From the NCBI GenBank assembly GCA_963665325.3, contig OZ224045.1, forward strand, positions 1,120,001-1,184,000: a stretch of 64,000 nt of DNA. The letters run 5' to 3'. Position numbers and translations under genes: made by a program. This DNA comes from Alphaproteobacteria bacterium. Its GTDB lineage: Bacteria; Pseudomonadota; Alphaproteobacteria; Bin95. Of the stretch, positions 9,600 to 19,032 are shown piece by piece. Position 1 is the stretch's first letter. Each line of letters begins with the position of its first letter. A model generated the notes under the pieces. That model was not told where the DNA came from. It saw only the letters and a list, made by a program, of their open reading frames with translations, and did no database searches.

Positions 9600-11102
9600 A
9601 TGTATGGGGTGGAGCTTTACGCAGCGGTACGACTTGCGGTTGTCGAGGAGGGTCTGAGCCATCATGAGGCCGGTCGGCGGTTCGGGATCGACCGTCGCAC
9701 GGTGAAGAAGATGCTGAGCTATTCGGCGCCTCCGGGCTATCGGCGCCGGAAGCCGGTGCGTCGTCCGAAGCTGGACGGGTTCACCGGGATCGTCGATGCG
9801 ATCCTGGAGGCGGACCGGGCGCCGGACGTGCCGGTCAAGCAGCGGCACACGGCGCACCGGATTTTCGAACGGCTGCGTGACGAGCACGGGTTCACGGGTG
9901 GCTACACCATCGTGAAGGACTATGTGCGCTCGCGGCGGCAGTCGACGCGCGAGGCCTTCGTGCCGCTGCATCATCCGCCGGGCCATGCGCAGGTCGACTT
10001 CGGCGAGGCGGTGGTCGAGGTCGGGGGCCGGCGCGAGAAGGTGGCTGTCTTCTGCCTGATCCTGCCGCATAGCGACCTGTGGTTCGTGAAGGCCTATCCG
10101 AAGGAGACGACGGAGGCGTTCCTGGACGGCCATGTCAGCGCCTTCGCCTTCCTCGGCGGGGTTCCGCTTTCGGTGCTTTACGACAACACGACCCTGGCAG
10201 TGGCGCGGATCCTGGGCGACGGCACGCGTCAGCGCACGCGGGCGTTCACGCCTCTGCAGTCGCACTACCTGTTCCGCGACCGCTTCGGTCGTCCCGGCAA
10301 GGGCAACGACAAGGGCAAGGTGGAGGCGCTGGTGAAGACGGCGCGGCGCAAGTTCATGGTGCCGATCCCAAAGGTGCCTGATCTGGATGTTCTGAACGAG
10401 CGGCTTCTGGCGCGCTGCCTGGAGCGGCTCGACGCGCTGCAGCAGAGCGCGCAGGCGGCGGCGTTGCTCGCCGATCTCGACACCCTGCGCGATCTTCCGG
10501 GCGCGCCCTTCGAGGCGTGCGAGCATGTGCCGGGCCGCGTGTCCTCGACGGCGCTGGTGCGCTACCGGTCGGTGGACTACTCGGCCCCGGCGATGCACGC
10601 CCACAAGAAGGTGACGATCAAGGGCTATGTCGACCGGGTCGAGATCGCGCTCGGCGCCGGGATCGTCGCCCGCCACCGGCGTTCCTATGTCCGCGGCGAC
10701 GTCGTTTACGACCCGCTGCACTATCTCTCGCTGCTGGAGAAGAAGCCGGGGGCGCTGGACCAGGCGGCGCCGTTGCGGGGCTGGAAGCTCGATCCAGCCT
10801 TCGACGCGCTGCGCCGCCTGCTCGAGGCGCGCTTCGGGCCGCGCGGCAAGCGGGACTACATCCAGACCCTGCGCCTGCTGGAGGACTTTCCGGAGCGCCA
10901 GGTGACGGCCGCGGTGCGGGACGCGGTGGCGCGCCGGCTGGTCGGCTTCGATGCAGTCAAGCACCTGCTGCTGGCGCGCATCGAGAAGCGCCCGGCCCAT
11001 CTCGACCTGACGCGCTACCCGCACCTGCCGCAGCCCCTCGTCGCCGCCACCCGGGCCGGCGACTATGCCTCCCTGCTGGCCGGAGGGGGCAGTCGTGGCT
11101 GA
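9600..11102 (+). CDS. istA: IS21 transposase IstA
   Basis: N-terminal HTH; AQVDFG, LYDN, KGKVE DDE motifs. Confidence 0.95.
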   Translation: MYGVELYAAVRLAVVEEGLSHHEAGRRFGIDRRTVKKMLSYSAPPGYRRRKPVRRPKLDGFTGIVDAILEADRAPDVPVKQRHTAHRIFERLRDEHGFTGGYTIVKDYVRSRRQSTREAFVPLHHPPGHAQVDFGEAVVEVGGRREKVAVFCLILPHSDLWFVKAYPKETTEAFLDGHVSAFAFLGGVPLSVLYDNTTLAVARILGDGTRQRTRAFTPLQSHYLFRDRFGRPGKGNDKGKVEALVKTARRKFMVPIPKVPDLDVLNERLLARCLERLDALQQSAQAAALLADLDTLRDLPGAPFEACEHVPGRVSSTALVRYRSVDYSAPAMHAHKKVTIKGYVDRVEIALGAGIVARHRRSYVRGDVVYDPLHYLSLLEKKPGALDQAAPLRGWKLDPAFDALRRLLEARFGPRGKRDYIQTLRLLEDFPERQVTAAVRDAVARRLVGFDAVKHLLLARIEKRPAHLDLTRYPHLPQPLVAATRAGDYASLLAGGGSRG

Positions 11103-11859
11103 GGCGCCCCGCATCCTGCTCGAACACCACCTGAAGAAGCTCAAGCTGCCGACCGTCCTGCGGGAATACGAGAAGCTGGCCCGCCAGTGCGCGGCCGAGG
11201 GGCTGGATCATGTGCAGTTCCTCGCCCGGCTGGTGGAGATGGAGACGATCGACCGCGAGCGCCGCCTGGTCGAGCGCCGCATCCGGCAGGCCCGGTTCCC
11301 GGTCGTCAAGCAGCTCGAGAGCTTCGACTTCAAGGCCATCCCCAGCCTGAACAAGATGCTGGTGCTCGACCTCGCGCGCGGCGACTACATCGAGCGGCGC
11401 GAGAACGCGATCCTGCTCGGCCCGAGCGGTGTGGGGAAGACGCACATCGCTCTGGCCCTCGGCCTCGCCGCCTGCCAGAAGGGCCTCGCCGTGCGCTTCA
11501 CCACCGCCTCCCAGCTCGTCCACGAGATGATCGAGGCGCGCGACGAGAAGAGGCTGCTCCGCCTCCAGGACCAGCTCGCCAGGGCCAGCCTGCTGATCGT
11601 CGACGAACTCGGCTACGTGCCCCTCTCGCAGAGCGGAAGCGAGCTGCTGTTCGACGTCTTCAGCCGCCGCTACGAAAACGGCGCCACCATCGTCACCTCG
11701 AACCTGCCCTTCCAGGAATGGACCTCGGTCTTCGCCAGCGAACGCCTCACCGGCGCGCTGCTCGACCGCATCACCCACCATGTCCACATCCTGGAGATGA
11801 ACGGCGAAAGCTACAGGCTCAAGCAAAGCCGGTCGCGACGACGGCCCCCCTCCGAATAA
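11095..11859 (+). CDS. istB: IS21 helper ATPase IstB
   Basis: GPSGVGKT Walker A, LLIVDELGY Walker B, TSN, ALLDR, GESYR. Confidence 0.95.
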   Translation: MAEAPRILLEHHLKKLKLPTVLREYEKLARQCAAEGLDHVQFLARLVEMETIDRERRLVERRIRQARFPVVKQLESFDFKAIPSLNKMLVLDLARGDYIERRENAILLGPSGVGKTHIALALGLAACQKGLAVRFTTASQLVHEMIEARDEKRLLRLQDQLARASLLIVDELGYVPLSQSGSELLFDVFSRRYENGATIVTSNLPFQEWTSVFASERLTGALLDRITHHVHILEMNGESYRLKQSRSRRRPPSE

Positions 11860-12035
11860 ACCGCTTGCCCCCATAGCCCACAGGTCCCTCCCACGCGCGG
11901 GCCGACGCCAGCCACGTGGAGGGCGCGCCGCCCCGCGCGCGGGGCCCTCCCATGGACTATGGGGACAAGCTACCGCCGAGACCCTGGTGCAATTTTACGC
12001 CGCCCCGCCGGTACATTTTTGCTCCGCCGTTGACA

Positions 12036-12834
12036 GGATAAAGCGCGAGGCGGCATCGACGCTGCAGCAGGACGTCATCTCGACCGTGCGGCGCTGGACC
12101 CGGCTCGGCCAGTTGACCATGAGCGACTGCGAGTCGATGGCGATGCCCATCTGCGTCGGGAGACGGCGTGCGCCGGTCAGGAAGGCCCGCGTGACGGCGC
12201 CGTTCATCTCCCGGCAGCGACGATGGATGAAATCGAGGATCTTGTAGTAGTCCTTGCAGCTGTTGAGCCCCGCGCCTTTCACCGTGCGGCGCATGGGCGA
12301 CTTGTTGGCGATGCGCGAGAACACGTCGGCGGCGAGCGACTGGTTCCTGGCGTGGATCCTGGGCGCCTTGCGCGAGACGGTCACGCGGCGCAGGCAGGCC
12401 TTGCACTGGTAGATCGGGTTTCCGCGGTTCTTGTAATAGCCATACCTCGTATAGTGCTGACGATGCTCGCCGACGGAACGCCCCTCATTGGGACAACCCG
12501 GGGTCTTGCAGGCGAAGCGGTATTCCAGCGGGCGGGCATAGTCCGCAATGCGCTCGATCTCCTCGGCGATGGCAGCGTTCGAACGGATGGCGCCCTTGCC
12601 CTTGCAGGCCTTGCACTCGATGGCGGGCTCCTGGCCCTTGGCGGTCGAGGTCAGCTTGTAGCGGAGATCGCGGTCCCTGCTCGGCCCGGTCTTGCCGCGC
12701 TTCGTGCGGGCCGGCACGCCGAAATTGGCGCAGCCCGGTGTGCGGCAGTGATTGGTCTGTATCGGGAACATATCGCCGAGAATCCTGGCATTGGCGGTCT
12801 CGGGGACCCGGAGCGTGCGGGGTGTCAAAGCCAT
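12036..12834 (-). pseudogene. Cys-rich putative transposase / insertion-element protein, truncated by the IS21 right end
   Basis: GAGGAGG RBS; HCRTPGC, CKAC, CKTPGC, CKAC zinc motifs, HTH-like segment, then IAIDSQ...SVDAAS; the reading frame runs into the IS21 terminus at 12035. Confidence 0.6.
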
Positions 12835-13527
12835 GGCTCTTCCTCCTCGAAGAGCTTCCCATTATAACGCCGGAGGGGCGTCATGTAAAGTCCTCTTTCT
12901 GATATTATTACATAATATCAACATGATATATGACATTGAATCCACAATGGAACCGAAGGCAAGGGGCACTCCGAAGGCCCGATGCCGACCGCACCTTCTC
13001 CAGCTGTGTCATCGGTGAATTGGGCATGAATATACTAGGAATATACATCTATGACTAGGCTAATCCGCTTGCCGGTTGACGAAACCCGGCAATGCACCCC
13101 CATCTGCCTGGAGCGGGATTTGTTGAAGGTCTTCTGGAACGGAAGCCAAGGCGTGGGGCGGCCCGGTATGGGCCAAGGGACGAGTACGGCCCGGGCCTTC
13201 CTGGACGAACGGAGCATGTCGAGGGTGCCTTTGTCCGTCATCATTCCCGGCCCGGAACGGGCCTTGAGCTGCGCGACGGTCCCAACGGCACGCGCGCGAC
13301 TAGTGACCCTGCCATACACGATCGACGGGCGCCGGGGGTCCGGTCCGGCTGTCGGAGGCCCTCGCGCTCCGGCCGGCCGATACGGACCTAGCCGCGGCCG
13401 CCATCCGAATCCGCACCCGCCCGGACGCTTGACCTGCGCGAGTTGGTGTAGATTATGCGCCCCTATGGCGTAGCGTCGAGCCACCGCTTGCTGGTGGTGA
13501 ATCGTCCGAGCGCCCGGGAGGAACGAC

Positions 13528-14280
13528 ATGCCCCAAGACTTGCTGACCAGGTGGCAGGTCCAGCATTTACGGTTCTCTGTGTTCTTGACGAATCCAGCTC
13601 AGCCAAGTCCGATTGACTCGTGGGTGGATGTCGTAGGCCAGGATGCCGACAACACACACATCAAGGGCACGGGCGATCAGCGCGTCGTCACGCAACAAGG
13701 CCCATTCCGTGATACGATGATGCGTGCAGATGTCCGGAGGGACCGAGTCGACTGGTTTCTTCTGCCGTCTCCTCCGGCAACACCGGACTCTAGCCTCACC
13801 GCAGGGCCCTATGATGGCCTCACCGTCCCGTTCAGCACGTGTATGCGGACATGGCTTGATGTAGCCGGTATCGTCGCAAACAGGATGGCATTCGGAGCCC
13901 AGCTCAGCCTTACGCCGGGAGATCGATCTGCGGCCCTCGCGGTTCTCGCTGAATTGGTTACCACGGTGCAGATAGACGTTCAGAACACTTGGGACTTTGA
14001 GTACGCCGTAAATAGGCGGAGAACGTCTAACACCATCGCTGATCTAATGATTAATCGGGTGGCCAAATGGACTTTGATCAGGCAGATCCTTAATGAAGTC
14101 GACTTGTCGTTAAATGGTAATCCGCCACGGATAGTTACCTCAACCGTATATCTTCCAGTTCTTACGCTGGACGTAAATACAATTCCGGAACATTCCGGAC
14201 CGCTAGATCAGCTTGAGGAACTCTTGGAAGAGCTTGCACGTCTTGGAACGGAAATCGCGCTGGAGGGAGATGTGCCATGA
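13528..14280 (+). CDS. Hypothetical protein, TIGR04255-like
   Basis: GGAGG RBS; NRMAFG...INRV..W...LTLDVNT pattern; ATGA overlap with next gene. Confidence 0.6.
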   Translation: MPQDLLTRWQVQHLRFSVFLTNPAQPSPIDSWVDVVGQDADNTHIKGTGDQRVVTQQGPFRDTMMRADVRRDRVDWFLLPSPPATPDSSLTAGPYDGLTVPFSTCMRTWLDVAGIVANRMAFGAQLSLTPGDRSAALAVLAELVTTVQIDVQNTWDFEYAVNRRRTSNTIADLMINRVAKWTLIRQILNEVDLSLNGNPPRIVTSTVYLPVLTLDVNTIPEHSGPLDQLEELLEELARLGTEIALEGDVP

Positions 14281-14921
14281 CTTTGGAGGACATTAAGGGG
14301 TTTACGAATAATAACAACACCACTCTACCTCCCCCGCAGGGTGGAGAAACGACGGTGTTTGAGAAACACACATCCGCCATGGGTAACCGAAGGGTCCTTT
14401 TCCCTCTGTTACTGCTTGGTATTATGGATACGAGCGTTGCTGATGCACTACCTCGGGGAGACTTTTCCTACAACTCTACTTCGGAGACGGGTCAGGTTGT
14501 GCCGTACGTTGCACGTCCGGCTGGCGACACCAGTCTCGCCAGTGTCACGCAACCAGTCGATCCTGCAACAAATGACCGCGTGGCGTATATGAATCGGATT
14601 GATCAACTTCGTTCGTTTGCCGAAGAAGACGGGATAGAGTTCAGCACAGTATCTGAGCACGACTTTCTCGATTTCGCCTGCACTGAGCCACGGACTAAGC
14701 GGGCGAGTCTCGTCCTGTTGGATAACGGGAACCTTCGAGCGGTATGGAGGATGGGTGAGCAGGAATTAGGTGTGCAGTTCTATGGCGATGGTGCGGTCCA
14801 ATACCTGATCTCGCAGAAAGGTGACGACGGCAGGATCACGCATACTGCGCAAAGAGGTATCTTCGATGATTTCTTGGACGCAACCGAAGCTGTGGGTCTC
14901 GGTCACCTGCTCTACGAATGA
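14277..14921 (+). CDS. Hypothetical protein (disordered N-terminus, alpha/beta C-terminal domain), putative antitoxin
   Basis: GGAGGGAG RBS; ATGA overlaps at both ends; C-terminal RIDQL...LLDNGNLRAVWR...LGVQF. Confidence 0.6.
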   Translation: MTLEDIKGFTNNNNTTLPPPQGGETTVFEKHTSAMGNRRVLFPLLLLGIMDTSVADALPRGDFSYNSTSETGQVVPYVARPAGDTSLASVTQPVDPATNDRVAYMNRIDQLRSFAEEDGIEFSTVSEHDFLDFACTEPRTKRASLVLLDNGNLRAVWRMGEQELGVQFYGDGAVQYLISQKGDDGRITHTAQRGIFDDFLDATEAVGLGHLLYE

Positions 14922-15367
14922 AGAAACGCAAAATTCTAGCGGATCAACGAGTTGTTCGGTATGTCAGGCCGAGACTGGTGCATTCCACGGGACGAATCGA
15001 CCCAGAAGCATTCGTGCTTCGGGTCTTTGAGGACAAGATTTGCGAAATTGGACTCTCTATCAACTGGCTTGACGTTTTCTCAGGCGATACCCAGAACCAA
15101 CTTCAGCACGTTACGACCCATATCCATTTTAAAGTAACAAGCAACGGTCGGTTTGCCGAGTTTACGGTGGAGGATTTGAAGATGCTCCTCGCGGAGGAGG
15201 GTGTAGAGGCTGCCGTCTGCCACGACCCCTTGGATGCGGATGAAAAATACCTCTGCGACCCGTCGCATGCAGAGCTTTACGGGTTGCCATCGCCGCTGAC
15301 CGACCGAGCTACGGAAGTCGGCGCTGTGCTTGCCCGTGCAGCGACACTTCATTCTCCTCCGAATTAG
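14918..15367 (+). CDS. Small ART/RES-like protein, putative toxin
   Basis: 149 aa with VVRY...AF.LR...GLSINW...SHAEL spacing (R-S-H) reminiscent of ADP-ribosyltransferase-fold toxins. Confidence 0.55.
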   Translation: MKKRKILADQRVVRYVRPRLVHSTGRIDPEAFVLRVFEDKICEIGLSINWLDVFSGDTQNQLQHVTTHIHFKVTSNGRFAEFTVEDLKMLLAEEGVEAAVCHDPLDADEKYLCDPSHAELYGLPSPLTDRATEVGAVLARAATLHSPPN

Positions 15368-15488
15368 CAGCGTCTTCTAGAACCACAGGCATAGCGATGA
15401 CATGGAGGCCCGCGCGGAGGTCTAAAGGCGCCTGGCGGCGTTTTGAAGGCTGAAATTCGTCCGTTAGTTGCGATTCAGGGGTCGGAAG

Positions 15489-15568
15489 TGTCAACGGGGA
15501 GCGGAAATGTACCGGCGACCGGGACAAACGGGCGCTTCCTGTGGAGCATTATTCCGGCGCCGTTAATA
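15489..15568 (-). mobile_element. 80-bp MITE made only of the two ends of the IS21 element
   Basis: TGTCAACGGGGAGCGGAAATGTACCGGCG matches the revcomp of the IS21 right end; GGGCGCTTCCTGTGGAGCATTATTCCGGCGCCGTTAATA matches the revcomp of the IS21 left end. Confidence 0.85.
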
Positions 15569-15765
15569 CTGGCGACTGTACCCGTTGCAGCATAGGCAAA
15601 AATTTGCCATTTCGCGATAATTTTCGACTACCGGACAGAAACAAACGAAGGCTGACTCTTGGATACAGGACATGGATACCGGTGACGGCGAGAAGTTCCA
15701 AAGGTCGATAGCAAAGCGGAAATTCATGGAGACGCTGTGCACGACCGGCAAAGGAAACACCATAG

Positions 15766-16644
15766 ATGACGAGTGAACTCACCGGCGGGACGATCAAGAT
15801 TGTTGGCTGGAACATCGGCAAAAGGGCTAACCCTTGGCGCGAACTTGTAGCGATGGCGGAACGTGGAGAAGCGGATGTTGCGCTGTTGCAGGAGGCTGCG
15901 AGCCCCCCGGGCGATTTGAGGTATCCGATCCACTACGAGGACGATGTCCATTGGGACCGATCCTATTTCGATCGCTGGCCTCTTGTCGTGCGATTGTCGG
16001 ACCGGGTTGAGGTCGAATGGTTTCTGCAGGTGCCACCGTGGAGCGAACTGGGCGAGCAGGAAATCGGCGCGAGCGGTATCGGGACCATGGCATGCGCCAG
16101 AATAGTCCCCGTCGACAGGCCGAAAGAAGCATTCGTCGCTGTCTCGATGTATGCACGGTGGATGACGGCTCATCCGTCATTCGGAAAAAGGCCGAGGATT
16201 TTTGCCGATCCCTCAGCCCACCGTATCCTTTCCGACCTGTCGGCCTTCATCGACCGCACCAAAGGCCCGTCTCGACATCGCATTCTGGCAGCCGGCGACC
16301 TGAACATGTTCTATGGAGCGACAGGTTCCTCCCTCTCGAAGCCTGGGCGCGAGCGGACGGTTTGGGACCGGTTTGCGGCGCTGGGACTCGAATTCATAGG
16401 TCCGCAAGTCCCGAACGGCCGTCCGTCGAAAACGCCTCAGCCCGACGTGCCGGCTGATACGAAGAATGTCCCGACATACTATACCGGGGCGCAGAAAGTA
16501 GCCTCGAAAGCCAATCGCCAGCTCGATTACGCTTTCGCCTCGCGCGGGTTCCACGAAACAGTGACCGTACGGGCTCTCAACGGCATCGACGAGTGGGGAC
16601 CGAGCGATCATTGCCGGCTACTGATCGAAATCAGACGCCACTGA
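15766..16644 (+). CDS. Endonuclease/exonuclease/phosphatase (EEP) family protein
   Basis: GWNI, LLQE, AGDLN, LDY, SDH motifs; AAGGA RBS. Confidence 0.9.
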   Translation: MTSELTGGTIKIVGWNIGKRANPWRELVAMAERGEADVALLQEAASPPGDLRYPIHYEDDVHWDRSYFDRWPLVVRLSDRVEVEWFLQVPPWSELGEQEIGASGIGTMACARIVPVDRPKEAFVAVSMYARWMTAHPSFGKRPRIFADPSAHRILSDLSAFIDRTKGPSRHRILAAGDLNMFYGATGSSLSKPGRERTVWDRFAALGLEFIGPQVPNGRPSKTPQPDVPADTKNVPTYYTGAQKVASKANRQLDYAFASRGFHETVTVRALNGIDEWGPSDHCRLLIEIRRH

Positions 16645-16758
16645 GCCTATACGGTGCAACCCGATTTGGCACGTACGGGCCTGATTGGGGTCGAAGCAGG
16701 CCGCGGAGCAATTTCTATGGCGCCAGAATCGTTTTGATCGGGCGGAGGAGGATTTTTC

Positions 16759-17487
16759 ATGTCTGACGTACGAACCGTGCTTCGGATCGGCACCTGGAAC
16801 ATCGATTGGGCGAAACCGGGCACGGAGCGGGGCCTATGTGTTGCCAAGCGCCTAGCCGCGCCCGGATGCGATTTGCTGTGCGTGACCGAGGGCTACGCCG
16901 GAATTCTGCCGGACGGAGGTCATCTGATCGATGCTGGCCCCGACTGGGGCTACGCCGCTGTGGAGGGGCGCCGCAAGGTACTGCTGTGGAGCAAGCGACC
17001 TTGGTCCGCCGTCGATCCGGTCGGCTCTGACGCGCTCCCCGGTGGGCGTTTCGTGGCGGGCACGACTGAGACCGATCTGGGGCCTCTGTCGGTCGTCGGC
17101 GTCTGCATTCCCTGGCGTGACGCGCATGTCCGCACCGGCCGCAAGGACCGGGCGGGATGGCAGGACCACGAGGCCTGGCTCTCCGGGTTCGCAACCCTGC
17201 CTTGGCGGGAAGCCCGGAATAGGACCGTTGTTCTCGGCGATTTCAATCAGCGGATTCCGCGATGGAGGCAGCCCAAGCGCGTTTACCAGGCAATGCGGGA
17301 CGCTTTCTCGGGGTTCTGCTTCGCCACAGCCGGCGAACTTGCTGGAACGGCGGAAAGGTCGATCGATCATATCGCCCATACCCCGGACTTGACGCTCGTG
17401 GGAGACATTCGAGTCTGGCCCAGGCGAGGCGCCCGGTTCAATCTCACGGACCACAATGTCGGGGTCTGGGGCGACTTCGCTCTTTAG
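16759..17487 (+). CDS. Second, divergent EEP family protein
   Basis: GGAGGAGG RBS; TWNI, CVTE, LGDFN, IDH, TDH motifs. Confidence 0.9.
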   Translation: MSDVRTVLRIGTWNIDWAKPGTERGLCVAKRLAAPGCDLLCVTEGYAGILPDGGHLIDAGPDWGYAAVEGRRKVLLWSKRPWSAVDPVGSDALPGGRFVAGTTETDLGPLSVVGVCIPWRDAHVRTGRKDRAGWQDHEAWLSGFATLPWREARNRTVVLGDFNQRIPRWRQPKRVYQAMRDAFSGFCFATAGELAGTAERSIDHIAHTPDLTLVGDIRVWPRRGARFNLTDHNVGVWGDFAL

Positions 17488-17711
17488 CCCGACGTCGGCA
17501 CTTGGCGCCGGGCCCGAAGGAAGCGCCCCGGCGAGACGTCCCCGCGAAGCCTTATGCTCCTGCGCCGCAGCGGCCATGATGTGCCGAGACAGACGGGGTC
17601 GGTTCCGGTAGGGAAAAAGGCTGGAAAATTGGCGTTCTAGTTCAAGCCGAGAGTTTGATTATTTGTCTGAAAAATCAACTAGTTATATACAGGGGAACAC
17701 TCGGCTCCCCC

Positions 17712-17739
17712 GGATATTTTCATCCCCTCTCCCACCGCC
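17712..17739 (+). other. Putative att site matching the tRNA-Ser(CGA) 3' end
   Basis: ATCCCCTCT-CCCACCGCC; the tRNA end reads CCCACCGCC-AGAGGGGAT (38251-38234, minus strand). Confidence 0.5.
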
Positions 17740-17891
17740 GCCCCAGAGCCCTTCGGAATTTAGTGGCACATCCCATTTCGTGGTGAATTGCGCTTGCCCT
17801 ATTCTGTTGATTGCATTGAATTAAATGACTGCGATAGCACCATACGGAGCCTCAATGCCCGTGCCGTTTTAGCACTTCAGGTCCACAGGGC

Positions 17892-18267
17892 CTAGCGTCT
17901 GATTTCGATCAGCAGCCGGCAATGATCGCTCGGTCCCCACTCGTCGATGCCGTTGAGAGCCCGTACGGTCATCGCTTCGTGGAACCCGCGCGAGGCGAAG
18001 GCGTAATCGAGTTGGCGATTGGCGTTCGAGGCCACTTTCTGCAGCCCGGTATAATGTGTCGGGACATTCTTCGTATCATCCGGCGCGCATCGGGCTGAGG
18101 CGTTCTCGAAGAACGGCCGTTCGGGGCTTGCGGACCCATGAATTCGAATCCCAGCGCCGCAAACCGGTCCCAAACCGTCCGCTCGCGTTTGGGCGCTGCG
18201 ATGGTGGAACGTGTCGCTCCATAGAACATGTTCAGGTCGCCGGCTGCGAGAATGCGATGTCGGGACG
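17892..18267 (-). pseudogene. Inverted, 5'-truncated and frameshifted copy of the 15766-16644 EEP gene
   Basis: Near-identical RHRILAAGDLNMFYG...GPSDHCRLLIEIRR; 2-bp GC expansion at ~18085; similarity stops at 18267. Confidence 0.9.
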
Positions 18268-18333
18268 TGATTCCTACGGTATTTGACCGAAGTTCTTAGA
18301 CATTTGACCGCGATTCCTGCGGTACTTGACCGC
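18268..18333. mobile_element. Putative IS terminus (family unassigned)
   Basis: Starts TG exactly where EEP similarity stops; GATTCCT(A/G)CGGTA(T/C)TTGACCG occurs twice, TTGACCG three times. Confidence 0.45.
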
Positions 18334-18482
18334 GCGGGCCGGCGGGATGCCGTCTCTCACGGCTCTCTGCGGGATCCTCCTTTGTTGGTTTCGAGGGGCT
18401 GGCCGGAGGCCAGCGGGTTGCGAGCGTAAGCGAGCCCTTTAGCAGGGTAGGCAATGGTGGCGCGAAGGCCTCGGCGAAATTG

Positions 18483-18966
18483 TCAGCTTGGAAGCGTTGG
18501 CAACTGCGAAATTACGCACCAGACGCCGAGGCTGAACAAGACCAACGAGAAAAATGCCAAAATCATTGCGATGAAGAGAACAGGGCGTCCTGATCTCGTA
18601 GCCCGAGGATATGGCGGAGGTCTCCCTTTGGTCAGAGAATGCACCGGAAAAGTCATTTGCCAACTTTAAGGCGGTCATGCCTTGACCGACGAGCGCAAGG
18701 AAGGCCGCCAATGCCGCAACGATAAGGCCTGAGAAGAACAGAATAGCTCCTGGAGCGCCGGCTAGTAAAGTCGTGGTAGTCATCAAGGCGATGAGTGCAC
18801 CTGCATTTAGGGTCATCACCATTTTGAGGATGAATACGCCGGTGTCGACGCCCGCGCGGTCAAGTTGCAAGAGGTGGGCATAGCCCGATTGGTAGAGGGC
18901 GATTCTCGATTCGCGCGATTGGCTGCTAATTATGTCGTCGTTCGTCATTTTGTCCTGATCCTGCAT
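18483..18966 (-). pseudogene. Three-TM membrane protein, frameshifted
   Basis: Two TM segments (LNAGALIAL..., AILFFSGLIVAALAAFL) in one frame; third TM (VLFIAMILAFFSLVLFSLGVWCVI*) in another frame; shift near 18630-18660. Confidence 0.5.
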
Positions 18967-19032
18967 TGGCGGGTTGGAAGTGCCGCCCTTGTATTTCGTT
19001 CGACGATCTTTGCAATGGCGGCTGCGTCCAAC

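Larger units (their letters stand above)
9490..12035 (+). mobile_element. IS21-family insertion sequence, apparently complete
   Basis: Ends TGTTAACGGCGGCGGAATAAT / revcomp TGTCAACGGCGGAGCAAAAAT with internal repeated ends; istA and istB; no target duplication visible. Confidence 0.93.

Noticed and set aside
13035-13529. Overlapping ORFs upstream of the three-gene module
   Set aside because: No recognisable motifs or RBS; at best a gene fragment
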